Position numbers and translations under genes: made by a program. A DNA stretch of 63,925 bases, filler included. It is 8 parts of 8 records of this genome, joined end to end, with 100 filler letters (N's around TTAATTAATTAA, not from the genome) between each part and the next. Parts side by side here need not be neighbours in the genome. Positions count along the whole stretch, not along the records: positions 51,443 to 58,316 come from SRR2962707_2851; positions 58,417 to 63,925 come from SRR2962707_2910; 6 more parts are not named here. The stretch is one strand, 5' to 3'. Numbering within the stretch: the first letter of the stretch is position 1; each line of letters starts with the position of its first letter. The notes under the pieces were generated by a model, which was not told where the DNA came from, searched no databases, and saw nothing but the letters and a program-made list of their open reading frames with translations. This document shows, piece after piece, positions 51,443-63,330 of this stretch.

Positions 51443-53683
51443 ATCGATGTCCCAGGCGTCATATTCGACCGGCATATCGCGATAGGCCTGCAACCGGTTC
51501 GCCGCCTGCCCGGGCTTGATCGTCTCTCGCCCCCGCCGCTTGTCGAACAGGGACACCAGATGTCCCTTGTCGTCGAAGCGCGCCGCGATCAAGACGTTTT
51601 CCAGGTGATGCGCCGAGACCCCGAGCCCGCCAGTGCTCTCGGCCAGGTCCGCTTCTGCGCATTGAACAGTCACCACGCTGGTTGCCGGCAGGTCCTTGAC
51701 CAGCACGCCCTGGCGCGTCCGACCGTCTGCTCGATGGATGATCTGGCTGGCCAGGGCCTGCCCGCCAATTGTCAGGCTGGAAGGCTGGTCGGCATCGAAT
51801 TCGAGCAACCCATCGCGCGACCGGCCCAGGGCGTTGAGCAGGCCAAAGCCTCCCTTCCCCGCCAGTGCGCACGTCAGGTCGCCGCGCAGGCGTTCGGCCG
51901 CTTCAAAGAACTGCGCATAGTCACGGTCGCTGTCGTCAAACACGCCGCCAATCGAGGTGCCGGGCAAGATGTCGTGGAACTGGTTGAGCAGCACAATGCG
52001 CCACAGATCGTGCAACTGCTCCGCCGGATAGGGCAATCCAACCCGTTCCTGCGCCAACACGGCTAGAACTTCGAGCTCGCGCAGCGCCTGCTCAGCCAGC
52101 CGGTTATTGCGCTTGTTCTCGGCCACCGAAGTCAGCGTGCCGCGGTGGTACTCGAGATAAAGCTCGCCCACCCAGGTCGGATAGTCGGCGGGGCGCTCGG
52201 CCATGCGTTTCAGCAACCGCTCGAAATAGGGGCGCATATGCTCATGCCGGATCGAGGGGCAGCCCGGAATGCCCTTTTCCATGCGGCGGATGTTTTCCAG
52301 CATCTCGCGGGTCGGCCCGCCGCCACCATCGCCATGGCCATAGACCATGAAGAGTTCCTTGTTGAGAGCCTGCTGGGCGTGGCGCTTCCAGGTGCCCATG
52401 ACGAAAGTGGGCTTGATGTCGGCATTGTAGGTCGTGCCGAAGCCGGTCGCGGTATAGGGCTGGGTGGTCATGAAATATGCGGCCACCGTACTGCCATCGA
52501 TACCCTGCCAGTGGAAGGTTTCGTTGGGCATGCGGTTGGTGTCGTTCCAGCTCATCTTGTGGGTGACGAACATGTCGACATCGGCCAGCTTCATCATCTG
52601 CGGCAGGGCCGCCGAATAGCCGAACGTGTCGGGCAACCAGAACACGCGCGGCGTCACCCCGAAAGTCTCCTCGTGATAGGCCACGCCATGCAGGATGTGC
52701 CGGGCAAAGGACTCGCCACTGGTGATATTGGCGTCCGGTTCGAGCCAGAGCGCCCCTTCGATCTCGAACTTGCCCGCCTTGACCTGCCCCTGCAGGCGCT
52801 CAAACACTTCGGGATAGTCCTGGGCGAGATAATCCAGCAGGACACCCTGATTATACATGAAGCGATAGTCGGGATATTGCTCCATTAGCGCCAGGGCCGT
52901 CGACATCGAGCGCGCCATTTTCTGGCGGGTTTCGCGCACGCGCCAGAGCCAGGCGACGTCGATATGGGTGTGGCCGGTAACGGTGATAACCGGCTTGTCC
53001 TCGAAATCCTTGGCCGCATAGATCTCTTCGGCAATCGCCTCAGCCTGTTCGAGCGAAGCGGCAAAGCGCGCCGCATCGCCGGGCCGGAAATCGATCAGGG
53101 CCAGCGCCGCATCGACCCGGTTGAGAATAAGATGCCGCCGCGGGTCGTCCTCGGCCAGCAGGCGCGCCACGTCGAGCGGCACGGACAGATCGTAGAAGAC
53201 CTTCTCGACCAGCGCGTCATGCGCCAGCAGCGAGAACGACATGCCATATTGCCGGCGATCCTCGATCGTGCCCGCCTCGATCAGGATGTCGAACATCTCG
53301 CCGGCCTTGGCAGCAGTGCTCAGCAGCACTTCCTGGTGATTGCCATCGGCGCCCTGGGCAATACGCCCATTGACCCGGACCAGGCATTGCGGGTCCGAAC
53401 GGCCACGCGTATTGCCGAACTGCGCATTGACCTTGAGAAACACCCCCTGCCCATCGGCAGCCTCTGGCATGGCAAAACGCGTCGCAAACCAGAAATAGCT
53501 CTCCGGCTCACCCCACACCAGATCGGGACCAACCGCCTCCCAGCCCTGCGGGTCCTCGCCAACGATATTGCCGCGCTGCTCGGGCAGGCCGCGCCGGAAG
53601 CGCAGCGGCAAATCCGTCGCGATCTCCGTAAAGATATACGCGCGCAGGCGACGCAGAAGGTGGTCCAGTTTCTTGATATGCAT
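51443..53683 (-). CDS. GH38 alpha-mannosidase (3'-truncated)
   Basis: GHTHIDVAWLW, WLPDTFGY, YGHGDGGGGP, GELYLEYHRGT and QFHDILPG. Confidence 0.93.
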
Positions 53684-53699
53684 GTCGTTCGTCCTGCCC

Positions 53700-56153
53700 C
53701 TAGAGGGTGCTGATCGTGATGTCCGGCGTCACGCCATAAGCCGGTGGCGGCTGCGGGATGGCATTGACCAGCAGACCCTGTTCCCAGTCGAGGCACAGAT
53801 TGGCCAGGCCCGGACCTTCGAGCACAAGTGCGTCTCCGCCGTCGAAATGCAGCCGGCATTGCGCGATCAGATCGATGAAATCGGCAAGGGATTCGCCTTG
53901 CGCAACGATGGCGGCCCACCCCTGTAGCGGTCCGTTGCAACGATATTCAAGCCCCTCCGCGGGTCCCTCGGTGATCGCCTGCAGCGGACCGGTCGCCTTG
54001 AGCGCGACCAGCCCATCCCCGCCCTCAAGAATGAGCGTGTCACCATGGTGATGGTGGATCAGACCAGTGCGGGCAGCATAGGCATGGGTGAAATCGAGAC
54101 GGGCCTCACTCCCCAGCCGGTATTGCAGCAGGGCAACGTTTTCATGCTGGCCGACGCGCGGCAGCGTGCCATTGCCGGCCCAGTATGACGGGCGCTGCTG
54201 GCCCCAGGGATCGTCTTCGCCCGGATGGTTGATCCAGGCGCGGGCCATGGGATGACGGGCAAAGCGCAAGTCGAGCACATGCTGCTGATGACCATAGCCG
54301 CCCGCCTTGGCGCCGCTATTGGTGGAAAGCTGGATAGCGCGCGTCTTGTAGAGCCCCAGCGAAGCCGCCGGCCCATAGCCCTGCAGGTAGCGCGCGGAAA
54401 TCACTTCTCCAGGCTCCGGCCAGGCATAGCTCTCAAGCCCCTCGGGCGGTTCATAACGGCCCGCCGCAAACAATGGCAGCGAAGCCACCCCTTTGTTCAG
54501 CCACCCCTTGCCAAAGGCAATCGCCGCAAAGGGCGCCAGCTCGGTCAGCGGCCCGGCGCGCAATTCCTTGTCATAGGCCCGCCCCATCGACCCCGCCGGC
54601 ACGCCGTCCAGCGTGTGCAGCGCGACCATTGTGAAGATCCGGTCGCACATGGCCCGGGCGCGTTCCGCCAGGTCTGCGGGTCCAAGCTCGGCCAGTGTCA
54701 GTAGCCCGATGAAATCCACCGGGTAATAGGCCGCCGAATTCCATTCGGCCAGCCCATCCTCTTCGACCGCATCGAACCAGCGCGCCAATCGCTCGACAGC
54801 CAGTTCCGCCTGGTCCGCCCCGATCCGGCCTGAGGCCGAAAAAATGTCCTCGGGAAAACTCTGACCGGCCAGCAATTGCGCGACGTGAAAGCACAGCGCG
54901 TGGTTCTCGCTCCAGAACCACATCGCGTCATTGCCCGGCTCATCCACCCAATAGCGAAAATCGAGCAGGGTCTGGCGAATGCGCTCTTGCAGCGCAGCCG
55001 GCAGCGCATCGCGGCAGCGGATCCAGACCCAGAGCAGCGGCACGGCAACGAAATCGGCGCAGTCGCGCCGTTCCGCCATGGCCTGCAAGGTTTCCTCGAC
55101 AATGCCGGCAATCCGCGGATCGTCGGCCTTACCGCTTTCGAGAAGTGCCACGACCAGCCCCATCCGGCTTTCGCCATGGGCAATCGCATTCTCGAGCGCC
55201 AGTCTTTTGCGGCTGGGGAGATCGCCCCCAAGCGCCCTTGCCGAAGCCTGGTGCAGAATGGCGCAGCCGATACTGCGTTCAACCACGCTATCGCCCGCCG
55301 AAAAGGTCAGCCGCAGATCGTGATAACCCTGCGGCAGGTCCCGGCCCTGGCATAACACCAGTTCAGTCGCGCCCGCCGGCAAATCATAGGTGGCGTCGAG
55401 CAACACGGCCTTGGTGTGCGAAGTTGAGGCAATCACGGCGCGAATACGCACCGGCCGGCTGGCCGGTGTGTCGAACAACAGGGTCAGCGCATCCTCACTC
55501 GCCACCACATCGCCGCGCGTCCGGACCTGGGTCGAGAGCCCGCGCAACGTCTCGACATGCGCCCCGAGGCTCGCGCCCGGCAGATAGACATCCAGCGCCA
55601 CATCGTCGAGCAGCACCAGTTCAAAGAACCAGTTGGTGTCCCGCTCGGCCATATCCTCTGTAAGCACGATAATCTCGCTGCCATCGGCTTTGATCGGCAG
55701 GTGGACCACGCTGCGTTGATCGGCATTGCGGGTGAACGGCTCAAAACGCCCGGCCAGTTCGCCATCGACCCAGATATGCACGCCGCCGCGTGTGTGCAGG
55801 TCAAACGAACAATAGCGGTCGACCGGGCTGCTCACCTTCGTGCGGCACCACCGCGCCAGCCGCGTCGGCCGATGCCGGAACTGGCTGAACTCCACGCGCC
55901 GGTTATTGCCCGGCAGATAAAGCGCCTCGACCGCCCAGTCGGTGCGCAAGGCAACACTGCGGCTCGCCACGTCCTTCCAGGTCGCAACGCGGCAGGGCAG
56001 ATCGCCGACATCCACGAACCCGTTGATATATTTGTAGTCCTGCGGATCGCTGGCAGGGGCCGGCACACCGGGAAAAGAAGTCGCCTCGACAGCCGACAAT
56101 GCCCAGGCGGTCAGGCTGTCCCCACGGCGAATGGTCAAAAGAGGGGTGGTCAT
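53700..56153 (-). CDS. Uncharacterised ~817-aa protein between an Opp-type transporter and GH38
   Basis: Long ORF tightly packed in the operon, with aromatic/His motifs RRDCADF, WFWSENH, EWNSAAYY, GHQQH, NHPGE and RPSYWAGNG. Confidence 0.85.
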   Translation of the reverse strand: MTTPLLTIRRGDSLTAWALSAVEATSFPGVPAPASDPQDYKYINGFVDVGDLPCRVATWKDVASRSVALRTDWAVEALYLPGNNRRVEFSQFRHRPTRLARWCRTKVSSPVDRYCSFDLHTRGGVHIWVDGELAGRFEPFTRNADQRSVVHLPIKADGSEIIVLTEDMAERDTNWFFELVLLDDVALDVYLPGASLGAHVETLRGLSTQVRTRGDVVASEDALTLLFDTPASRPVRIRAVIASTSHTKAVLLDATYDLPAGATELVLCQGRDLPQGYHDLRLTFSAGDSVVERSIGCAILHQASARALGGDLPSRKRLALENAIAHGESRMGLVVALLESGKADDPRIAGIVEETLQAMAERRDCADFVAVPLLWVWIRCRDALPAALQERIRQTLLDFRYWVDEPGNDAMWFWSENHALCFHVAQLLAGQSFPEDIFSASGRIGADQAELAVERLARWFDAVEEDGLAEWNSAAYYPVDFIGLLTLAELGPADLAERARAMCDRIFTMVALHTLDGVPAGSMGRAYDKELRAGPLTELAPFAAIAFGKGWLNKGVASLPLFAAGRYEPPEGLESYAWPEPGEVISARYLQGYGPAASLGLYKTRAIQLSTNSGAKAGGYGHQQHVLDLRFARHPMARAWINHPGEDDPWGQQRPSYWAGNGTLPRVGQHENVALLQYRLGSEARLDFTHAYAARTGLIHHHHGDTLILEGGDGLVALKATGPLQAITEGPAEGLEYRCNGPLQGWAAIVAQGESLADFIDLIAQCRLHFDGGDALVLEGPGLANLCLDWEQGLLVNAIPQPPPAYGVTPDITISTL

Positions 56154-56188
56154 CAAAAAGGCCTTGTCAATATCGGGCGCAGCGGCGC

Positions 56189-57253
56189 CTAAGCCGTCAC
56201 GCCGGTCAGCGACAGCTCCTCGGCAAAGTGGCAGCGCACCTGCCGTCCGCCTTCAACCGCGCGCAGGGCCGGCACGTCCGTGCCACATATCGGCTGGGCA
56301 TAAGGGCAGCGTGGGTGAAAGCTGCACCCCTTGGGCGGGTTGGCCGCATTGGCAATTTCGCCCTTGAGCGGCACGCGCTTGCGGGTACGATTGCCGCGCG
56401 GATCGGGCTGCGGTACCGCCGCCATCAGCGCCTCGGTATAGGGGTGCAGCGGCTTGGCGAACAGCTTGTCGGTCGGCGCGGTTTCCATCAGCCGGCCAAG
56501 ATACATCACGCCGACCCGGTCCGAAATATGCTCCACCATGCCCAGATCATGGGTGATGAACAGATAGGTCAACCCGAACTTTTCCTGTAGATCCTGCATC
56601 AGGTTGATGTTCTGCGCGGCCACCGAAACGTCCAGCGCCGAGACGGCTTCGTCGGCCGCGATGAAGCTGGGGTTGAGGGCCAACGCCCGGGCAATGCCGA
56701 TGCGCTGGCGTTGCCCGCCGGAAAAGGCATGCGGATAGCGGTTGATATATTCGGGCCGCAACCCGACCACCTGCAACAATTCGGCCACCCGGTCGCGGAT
56801 CTCGCCCTGGCTGCCCACGCCGTGGATCAGCATGGGCTCGCCCACCAATTGCAGCAGGGTCATGCGCGGGTTGAGCGAGGAATAGGGATCCTGAAAGATC
56901 ATCTGCATTTCGCGCCGCATCGAGCGCATCTGCCGGTCCGTCAGGCCGGAAAGATCGACGATTGAGCCATCGGCCTGGCGAAACAGGATCTGCCCATCGG
57001 TCAACTGATAGGCGCGCAGCATCAGCCGCGCCACGGTAGACTTGCCCGATCCGGATTCCCCCACCAGCCCGAAGGTTTCCCCCTTGCGGATATCAAGGGA
57101 CACATCGTCGATAGCCTTGATCTGGCCCACGGTCTTTTTCAGCCAGCCGGCCTGAATGGGAAAATACTTCTTGAGATTGCGAACCGAGATCAGCGCATCT
57201 TCGGGCATTTCGGCATGAGCCGGACCAGCATTTGGTGTTGGAACATCAAGCAT
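56189..57253 (-). CDS. Oligopeptide/oligosaccharide ABC ATPase, OppF-like
   Basis: [27 protein letters not shown] and FHPRCP. Confidence 0.93.
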   Translation of the reverse strand: MLDVPTPNAGPAHAEMPEDALISVRNLKKYFPIQAGWLKKTVGQIKAIDDVSLDIRKGETFGLVGESGSGKSTVARLMLRAYQLTDGQILFRQADGSIVDLSGLTDRQMRSMRREMQMIFQDPYSSLNPRMTLLQLVGEPMLIHGVGSQGEIRDRVAELLQVVGLRPEYINRYPHAFSGGQRQRIGIARALALNPSFIAADEAVSALDVSVAAQNINLMQDLQEKFGLTYLFITHDLGMVEHISDRVGVMYLGRLMETAPTDKLFAKPLHPYTEALMAAVPQPDPRGNRTRKRVPLKGEIANAANPPKGCSFHPRCPYAQPICGTDVPALRAVEGGRQVRCHFAEELSLTGVTA

Positions 57254-58280
57254 GGACAGGCTCCTGGGCGAACTGCTCGGCAATATGGCAGCGCGACATC
57301 TGGCTGCCGAACCGTTTCTCCGGCGGGGTCTGGGTGTCGCACAGGCCTGACAGGGCATGGCTGCAGCGGGGGTTGAAGGCACATCCCGGCGGCACGCTGA
57401 ACGGATCGGGCACCATGCCCGGAATGGTCGGCAGCCGCCGCCCCTGATCCACCCCCAACCGGGGAATGGAGCGCAGCAGCGCCTGGGTATAGGGATGCTT
57501 GGGCGCATAGAAGATGTCGTCGACCGTGGCGGTCTCGACAATGCGCCCCAGATACATCACAGACACCCGGTCGGCGATATCAGCAACCACCCCGAAATTA
57601 TGGGTGATGAAAATGATCGCCATGCCCAGCTCGGACTGCAACTGCTTGAGTAGCTCAAGGATCTGCGCCTCCGTCGTCACATCGAGCGCCGTGGTCGGCT
57701 CATCGGCAATCAACAGGGCTGGATCACATGAAATGGCCAGCGCAATCATCGCACGCTGGCGCATGCCACCCGAAAGCTGATGCGGAAAGGCATCGACCAA
57801 TTGTTCCGGGCGCGGCATCTGCACCTTGGCCAACAGGTCAATGGCGCGTGCCCGCGCTGCAGCGCGGCCCAGCCCCATATGCAACTGCACGGTGCGCATG
57901 ATCTGGGCGCCAATGGTGTGTACCGGCGAGAGCGCCGTCATCGGCTCCTGAAAGATCATGCCGATATGTTTGCCACGCACCTGCCGGATCGCCCGGCTGT
58001 TGCGGCCGAAAGACGAGAGGTCGAACTGCTCGCCCGAGCGCAATTGCATGCGCACCTGCCCCCCCGCATCCACCGCGCGCTTGGGTAGCAAGCGCATGAT
58101 CGAGCGGGCCGTGATGGACTTGCCCGAGCCGCTCTCGCCGACAATGCCGAGCACCTCGCCCTTGTTGACATGGTAGGAGACGCCATCGACCGCCTTGACC
58201 AGACCTTCGCGCAAGGGAAAGTGCACCTGCACATTGTCGACGTCGAGCAGCCGCTCTTGGGGCATATCAAATGTTTTCAT
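57246..58280 (-). CDS. Oligopeptide/oligosaccharide ABC ATPase, OppD-like
   Basis: [33 protein letters not shown] and HPYT. Confidence 0.93.
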   Translation of the reverse strand: MKTFDMPQERLLDVDNVQVHFPLREGLVKAVDGVSYHVNKGEVLGIVGESGSGKSITARSIMRLLPKRAVDAGGQVRMQLRSGEQFDLSSFGRNSRAIRQVRGKHIGMIFQEPMTALSPVHTIGAQIMRTVQLHMGLGRAAARARAIDLLAKVQMPRPEQLVDAFPHQLSGGMRQRAMIALAISCDPALLIADEPTTALDVTTEAQILELLKQLQSELGMAIIFITHNFGVVADIADRVSVMYLGRIVETATVDDIFYAPKHPYTQALLRSIPRLGVDQGRRLPTIPGMVPDPFSVPPGCAFNPRCSHALSGLCDTQTPPEKRFGSQMSRCHIAEQFAQEPVHA

Positions 58281-58284
58281 CGTC

Positions 58285-58316
58285 TTACTGCCCATAGGGG
58301 TCGGCCGCATCGCGCA
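58285..58316 (-). CDS. C-terminal fragment of an OppC-like permease
   Basis: Reads RDAADPYGQ*, a typical OppC/DppC ending, just upstream of the OppD-like gene. Confidence 0.6.
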
Positions 58317-58416
58317 NNNNNNNNNNNNNNNNNNNNNNNNNNNNNNNNNNNNNNNNNNNNTTAATTAATTAANNNNNNNNNNNNNNNNNNNNNNNNNNNN
58401 NNNNNNNNNNNNNNNN
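58317..58416. other. Artificial contig spacer
   Basis: N run + TTAATTAATTAA + N run. Confidence 0.99.
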
Positions 58417-58441
58417 CTCTCTCTCTCTCTCTCTCTCTCTC
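58417..58441. repeat. (CT)n microsatellite at the contig start
   Basis: Read directly. Confidence 0.9.
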
Positions 58442-58781
58442 GCTTCGCTCGCTCGCTCGAATAGAGTGAGTTTGAGCGAGCATTGAGAGTCGTCGACATT
58501 TCCAAGTGGGACCGTTGTGGGGTGAGGAGTTGAAGGTCTTGGCTTTGCCTTTTGGGCGTGTGGGTGTGAGTAATAATACTTGTGTTTTGTATTCATGTCA
58601 AGCGTTGACACATACATTCGAGTGTAGTTCCCTTTTTTCTTTTTTTTTTGTTTCTCCCTTTTCCTTGTCTTTCAGCTCTCTTATACTTCGAGGCGTTTGC
58701 TTGCTGGCAGGCAGCGTTTCCCGCGTGGCACTCCGCCACATACGTATCTCGCGAGTGTGTGTAAAACCGTCGTCTTTCGCC

Positions 58782-61207
58782 ATGGACGGTCTTGGTTTCC
58801 ACCACATGTGGGGCATGTCCCCTGCAATGGACTTGAACGAACTCGCGGATAAACTGAAGATCAAAGAGCGTTCGACCGATGGCGATGAAAATCCCTCCGC
58901 GTCCTCATCCGCCCCGATCAACATCCTGCTCATCAAGCCTGCTGACGTCCGCTCCATTGTCAAGACGGTAACGCAGCGCCATCGCCTGAAAACGAAAAGG
59001 CCTCTCCACTTCTATGTGTGGGAGGAGACAGCAGAGTTGCTAGCACGGCATCTGCTGCTGCTGCAGGTGTTTCAAGAGTGGAAGATCCCGATCCGCCAGC
59101 GATGTAATCTTTGGCTCGAAATATTTGGAAATGTGCTCGTGCAAGAGCGCACGATGCACTACATTGACGCAAAAGGCCGCCAGCTTGTAAAGCTGGTCTG
59201 TGACCAAGCGGGGCCTTTGGCTGGGATCGTCGACACTTCCTTGCTCAAGTTCGTGACTCTAAGATGCCGAGAATCGAACAATGTCATGGCCTAAAACCAC
59301 TTATTTCTTTTTTTCGCGGTGTTTGGCGCCATGGTCGAATGATTGTTACTTGACATGGTCGCCGATTGTTTCATGTGCACACGCAGGTACCGTGTCATCG
59401 ATGCACTACAGACTACGTTTCAGAGCTGGAGAGTAAAAATCCCGTTCAATGCTCGCGAACTGCACGAGCACCGCTTGCGCGGACTCCACAAAGAGCGGTT
59501 CGACTTTCGAAAGGGCGCAGCAGATTGGGACTACCAGTGCGTGTTGTTCGTTGTCAAGTGTTTGTTGTCGTGGATGCTTGAATTGGTAGTCACGAGGTTA
59601 CCGTGTTGTGTGGTGATCAATTGTGCGTCTAAAACGATTGTGAATGGACGCAGGTACGGCTTAAAGGAGTATGGAGCCTCGATCGTGCACGTCAAACAGT
59701 ACCGTGAGTGGCGGGAGTCTGGAATTGCATTTGAGTTTGGAGACCAGACATACACAAACCCAAATAGAACAATGGCCAGCTACATGCTTGGCAAGGACAA
59801 GACAGAAGGTCTCAGCAAAATGGTCAAAGGACTCTGGGTCGACGTCGTTGCAAGCCCGTACGTGCGCTGAGGTATCAGCAATATCTGCATCCGCATTGCG
59901 ATCCCATCCATCACAGTGTTTCCCCGTGCACGCTGCATCGCTTCACATTTCATTTTCAACACACACTTCTCTGCTGACTCCCTGAACAGTTATATCAGCC
60001 TTGGCATTGACTGCCACAAACCCAACAAGTATGCTCGCGATTTGTTCCACATTGTCAACAAGGGCCATGGGACTGAGCAGCATCGCCATAACGCAGTTGA
60101 GGTCGCGTGTTACAACATGGCCTCGTTCATGTATGAAACTGAAACTGGCAAGGTTTACGAAATGAGTCGCGAGCATGAGATTTTTAGCGGCCTTGGGACT
60201 GTGAAAGAAGAGGAGGTCATTCCTGAGGCAGCTGTTGCAGACAGCAGTGAACCAGGAAAAACAGCTTCCACTGATGTTGAGGCGGGCAGCGTTGGTGGGG
60301 ACGAGGAGGAAGAAGAAGAAGATGCAGGACAGGATGACGAAGGAAATGACACTTTCGACATGGGCGACAGTAAGAAAAAAGTCAAAAAGGTTTTTGTCGA
60401 TGCTGACGTCGCAACTAGTCAGGAGCAGGCACTGCAGCGTGCACTAAATATCGCCTCCACTTGGGACGGAGTCAAAGTGTTCCCACTGGGCGGTGATGGG
60501 GATCCATCGACACTCACTGACGTTTTCAGGCGAGCACGCTTCGACAAGCTTTTTGATGTTGTGTGGGTCGCGAACTTGCAAGTGCATCATTTGACAGCCA
60601 CACCTGAGAGCAAAGGGGTCCAGGCAAGTGGTTGTATGCTCACTCAATTGTTGTATCTTGTCGGGTGTGCGTGCTTGTTACTTGACGCATGTAGTCTCAT
60701 TGTTTGTGCGGCTTTGTGAATATGGCAGGCATGCCTCGCAGAGCCAGCTGCCGCCGTTGTAGTGGAAACGCTGAGACATGTCCCTACCATTAAAAAGGAA
60801 TTGAAACTGGGTTTTTTAGACAAGGTAGAGGCCATGGCCGAAGCAAACGGTTGGACTCCTACCGAACAAAGGCAGCCAGGGAAGCCGCTTGATCCGGAAT
60901 GCCAACTTGAGCAAATGACGTAAGTGTGCACCCATGTTGCTTCATAAATATCCACGGATCGTCAGCAATGCTTCTTGTTTTGGTTATTGATTGGCGTACA
61001 TGCAGCCAGAATAATTGAACTTGGTCTTTCGACTGTTTTCGTTGATGCAGGTTTTTATGCAAAGCAGCTACACGGGCCAAAAACATTGAGCGAGCTGCAC
61101 TGCGCAAAAAAAATCTCGCGCGCCTCGCTGCTGTGCAAGAAAAAGCTGAGCAGGACAAGCAACAATCAGCTCAAGGGGTGACTGGTGGTGCCGCCAAGTC
61201 TGAATAA
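58782..61207 (+). CDS. DNAAF3: Dynein axonemal assembly factor 3 (PF22) homolog with 5 introns
   Basis: MDGLG..WG.SPA.DL, ELLARHLLLL, EIFGN, DWDY, YREWRESGIAFE, PNRTMAS and SPYISLGI. Introns: 59249-59386, 59537-59653, 59858-59989, 60624-60728 (GC-AG), 60920-61050. Confidence 0.85.
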
Positions 61208-61310
61208 GATGTTATGCAGATCTCTCTTTGGCACACCATCGTGATTCTTCACTACCGCAGCGGATCGCCTGTACGACACTCTGTTTCATCCGCGACTCTG
61301 CGACCATACA

Positions 61311-62966
61311 TCAATTTGAAGATGAACCACGCGCAACACCGGCAGAACCACTGCCCCCACCCGCTAAATCGTGCACGTAACTGTTTCGGCCCAGCACCGA
61401 ATTGTTTTGCAAATATGTTGCACCTCGGGCACGAGCACGACCCCTTAGCTGCTCGCGATGTTCCTTCACACACCGAGCGCACTTGCACTCAAACTCATAA
61501 TGGTCACGCAAAACAGCCCTGCGCTCATGTACTGGGGCCATTCGGTCGACGTATGAGATGCACACCTCTTCACCTTGGCAAATATCGCGCAATGCCATGA
61601 GCGTAACAAACCTTCAAGTGTGCAATCAAAGAAATACAGAGGACAAGTGGTACGCCTTTTAATCGCGCGTTCACAGCAAGAGGGCAAAAATATCATGCAG
61701 CAATCAGAGCTGCCGAGCAATACGAAAATCAGCACCGTACCCCTCATCATCTACGCAAGCCTCTGTGTTGGGGTTGCAATCGTGGTTGCTGTAACCCATA
61801 AATACGGACAGAGCACACCCCACTTTTTCGCCTAAACGGCTACCGCCCCCACCGCGCTGAATGCTGCAAGCGTTCCCGCGGATCTGACCCACAATCTGTG
61901 CAACGACTTGTTCCGGAATTCCAGTGAGATTAGCAAGCATTGCTTTTTGTGGACCAGGGACCACGTCCTTGTTCGCCTGAAGCGTCGAAACGAGAGAAAG
62001 TGGCTCCTTTTCGCCCACTGCCGCAGCTTCCTGCCCTGCATTTGGTTCATCAACATCGTCTGCAGGACATGATCTTGCCCAATCTCCAACAGCATCGATT
62101 GCACGATATCGAAGCATCATTCGGATAGGAGAGCTTTCACCTCGACGCGCCCCTGCAGGCAGTTTTTGAAAAGCATCGCACTCAAATCCCCGGTGCCAGT
62201 CCAGCCGGCCAGCTGCGCGGCAGCCGGCACATGTGGTGCATCGGAGACACTTTGTGCATGGTTCCAATCCAACACGTGAGCTCGGAGGAGAAAGGGAACT
62301 TCGCAGCACCACAACCTCAAACCCTGACGCCCCAGCTGCTGCACCAGCAGAACTGAGGGCTGTGAGGCAGCGTTGCAACACCCCGTCTCCCGGTGCGACT
62401 GCAACTCCGGCCACTGATGCTACCACATCACCCGCCTGGATACCAGCCTCACTGTTGGCACTGCCATAAGCACAGCCGTTCAAAACTGCCACAGCAGGTG
62501 CAGTGCCACTCGCTTTTCGTTCGTCGACAAATATCCCAAGCCTCCCACTCGTACCAGTTCGGAGCAGCAACTGGTGCTGCTGATTTTGTGTCGCCGCCAA
62601 ATTTTCTCCAGTTCTTGTTGCTGTGGCCGTACGGAAGCAAAATGCGCACACTGAAGTGGTGTACTTGTCAAACACTGTGGAGAGAACTGGCTGAGCACGC
62701 ACGACGACCTCCCCCTTGGGAATGGCCACAGTTGCAAACAACCCTTGGCCACGCCCCTTTCCTGCAGGCCCTCGGCGAGTGTGGTTCACAAATCCTCTGT
62801 CCGCAGGAGCAGCACCAGCAGCTTGGGCAGCAGCGGACTGCTTCTTGGCTTTCTTGTTCGCCTTTTGCCGTGCCCGCTTCGCCTTGGCTTTCGCTCGCTT
62901 TTTGGCCGCAGCTAACTCCTCGGCAGAGGCAGTAGCTGTTGAACCATCGTCAATGTGTTCCGACAT
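61311..62966 (-). CDS. SMYD-like SET-domain lysine methyltransferase with a split MYND finger and PDZ-like insert; intron 61612-61740
   Basis: GRGQGLFAT..IPKGE, CAFC...CTKC..C..C..WH..EC, NHDCNPN, ALRDI..GEEVCISY and post-SET FECKCARC. Confidence 0.85.
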
Positions 62967-63029
62967 TTATACACACACCAGATCAATTCTTCGGCCTGCT
63001 CTTATTTTAAGAATCACAGTTACTCGGCG

Positions 63030-63330
63030 GGAACCACACACGCACTCACACACTCACGCACACCAAAAAAAAAAACGCAACAACAACAACAACAAAAAGG
63101 CTCCAACACGACGCACGCACGCACACACAGACACACACGCACACACACGGAATGCGTAGGTGTGGCTACAACTTCCAGGCACACACAAGCGTCGTCCTCG
63201 ACTGCTCTCACCGGAAAAACATCCACCAACGACGTCACAGCCCACCACTCGAAGTTGTCCAGAGTGAAGAGCAGATGGAGGGGAGAGGGAGCATACGGTA
63301 ACCGTCACGCACTCACACACACACACACAC
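63030..63330. repeat. Low-complexity CA/CAA-rich tract upstream of the SET gene
   Basis: Several (CA)n, (CAA)n and poly-A runs. Confidence 0.75.
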
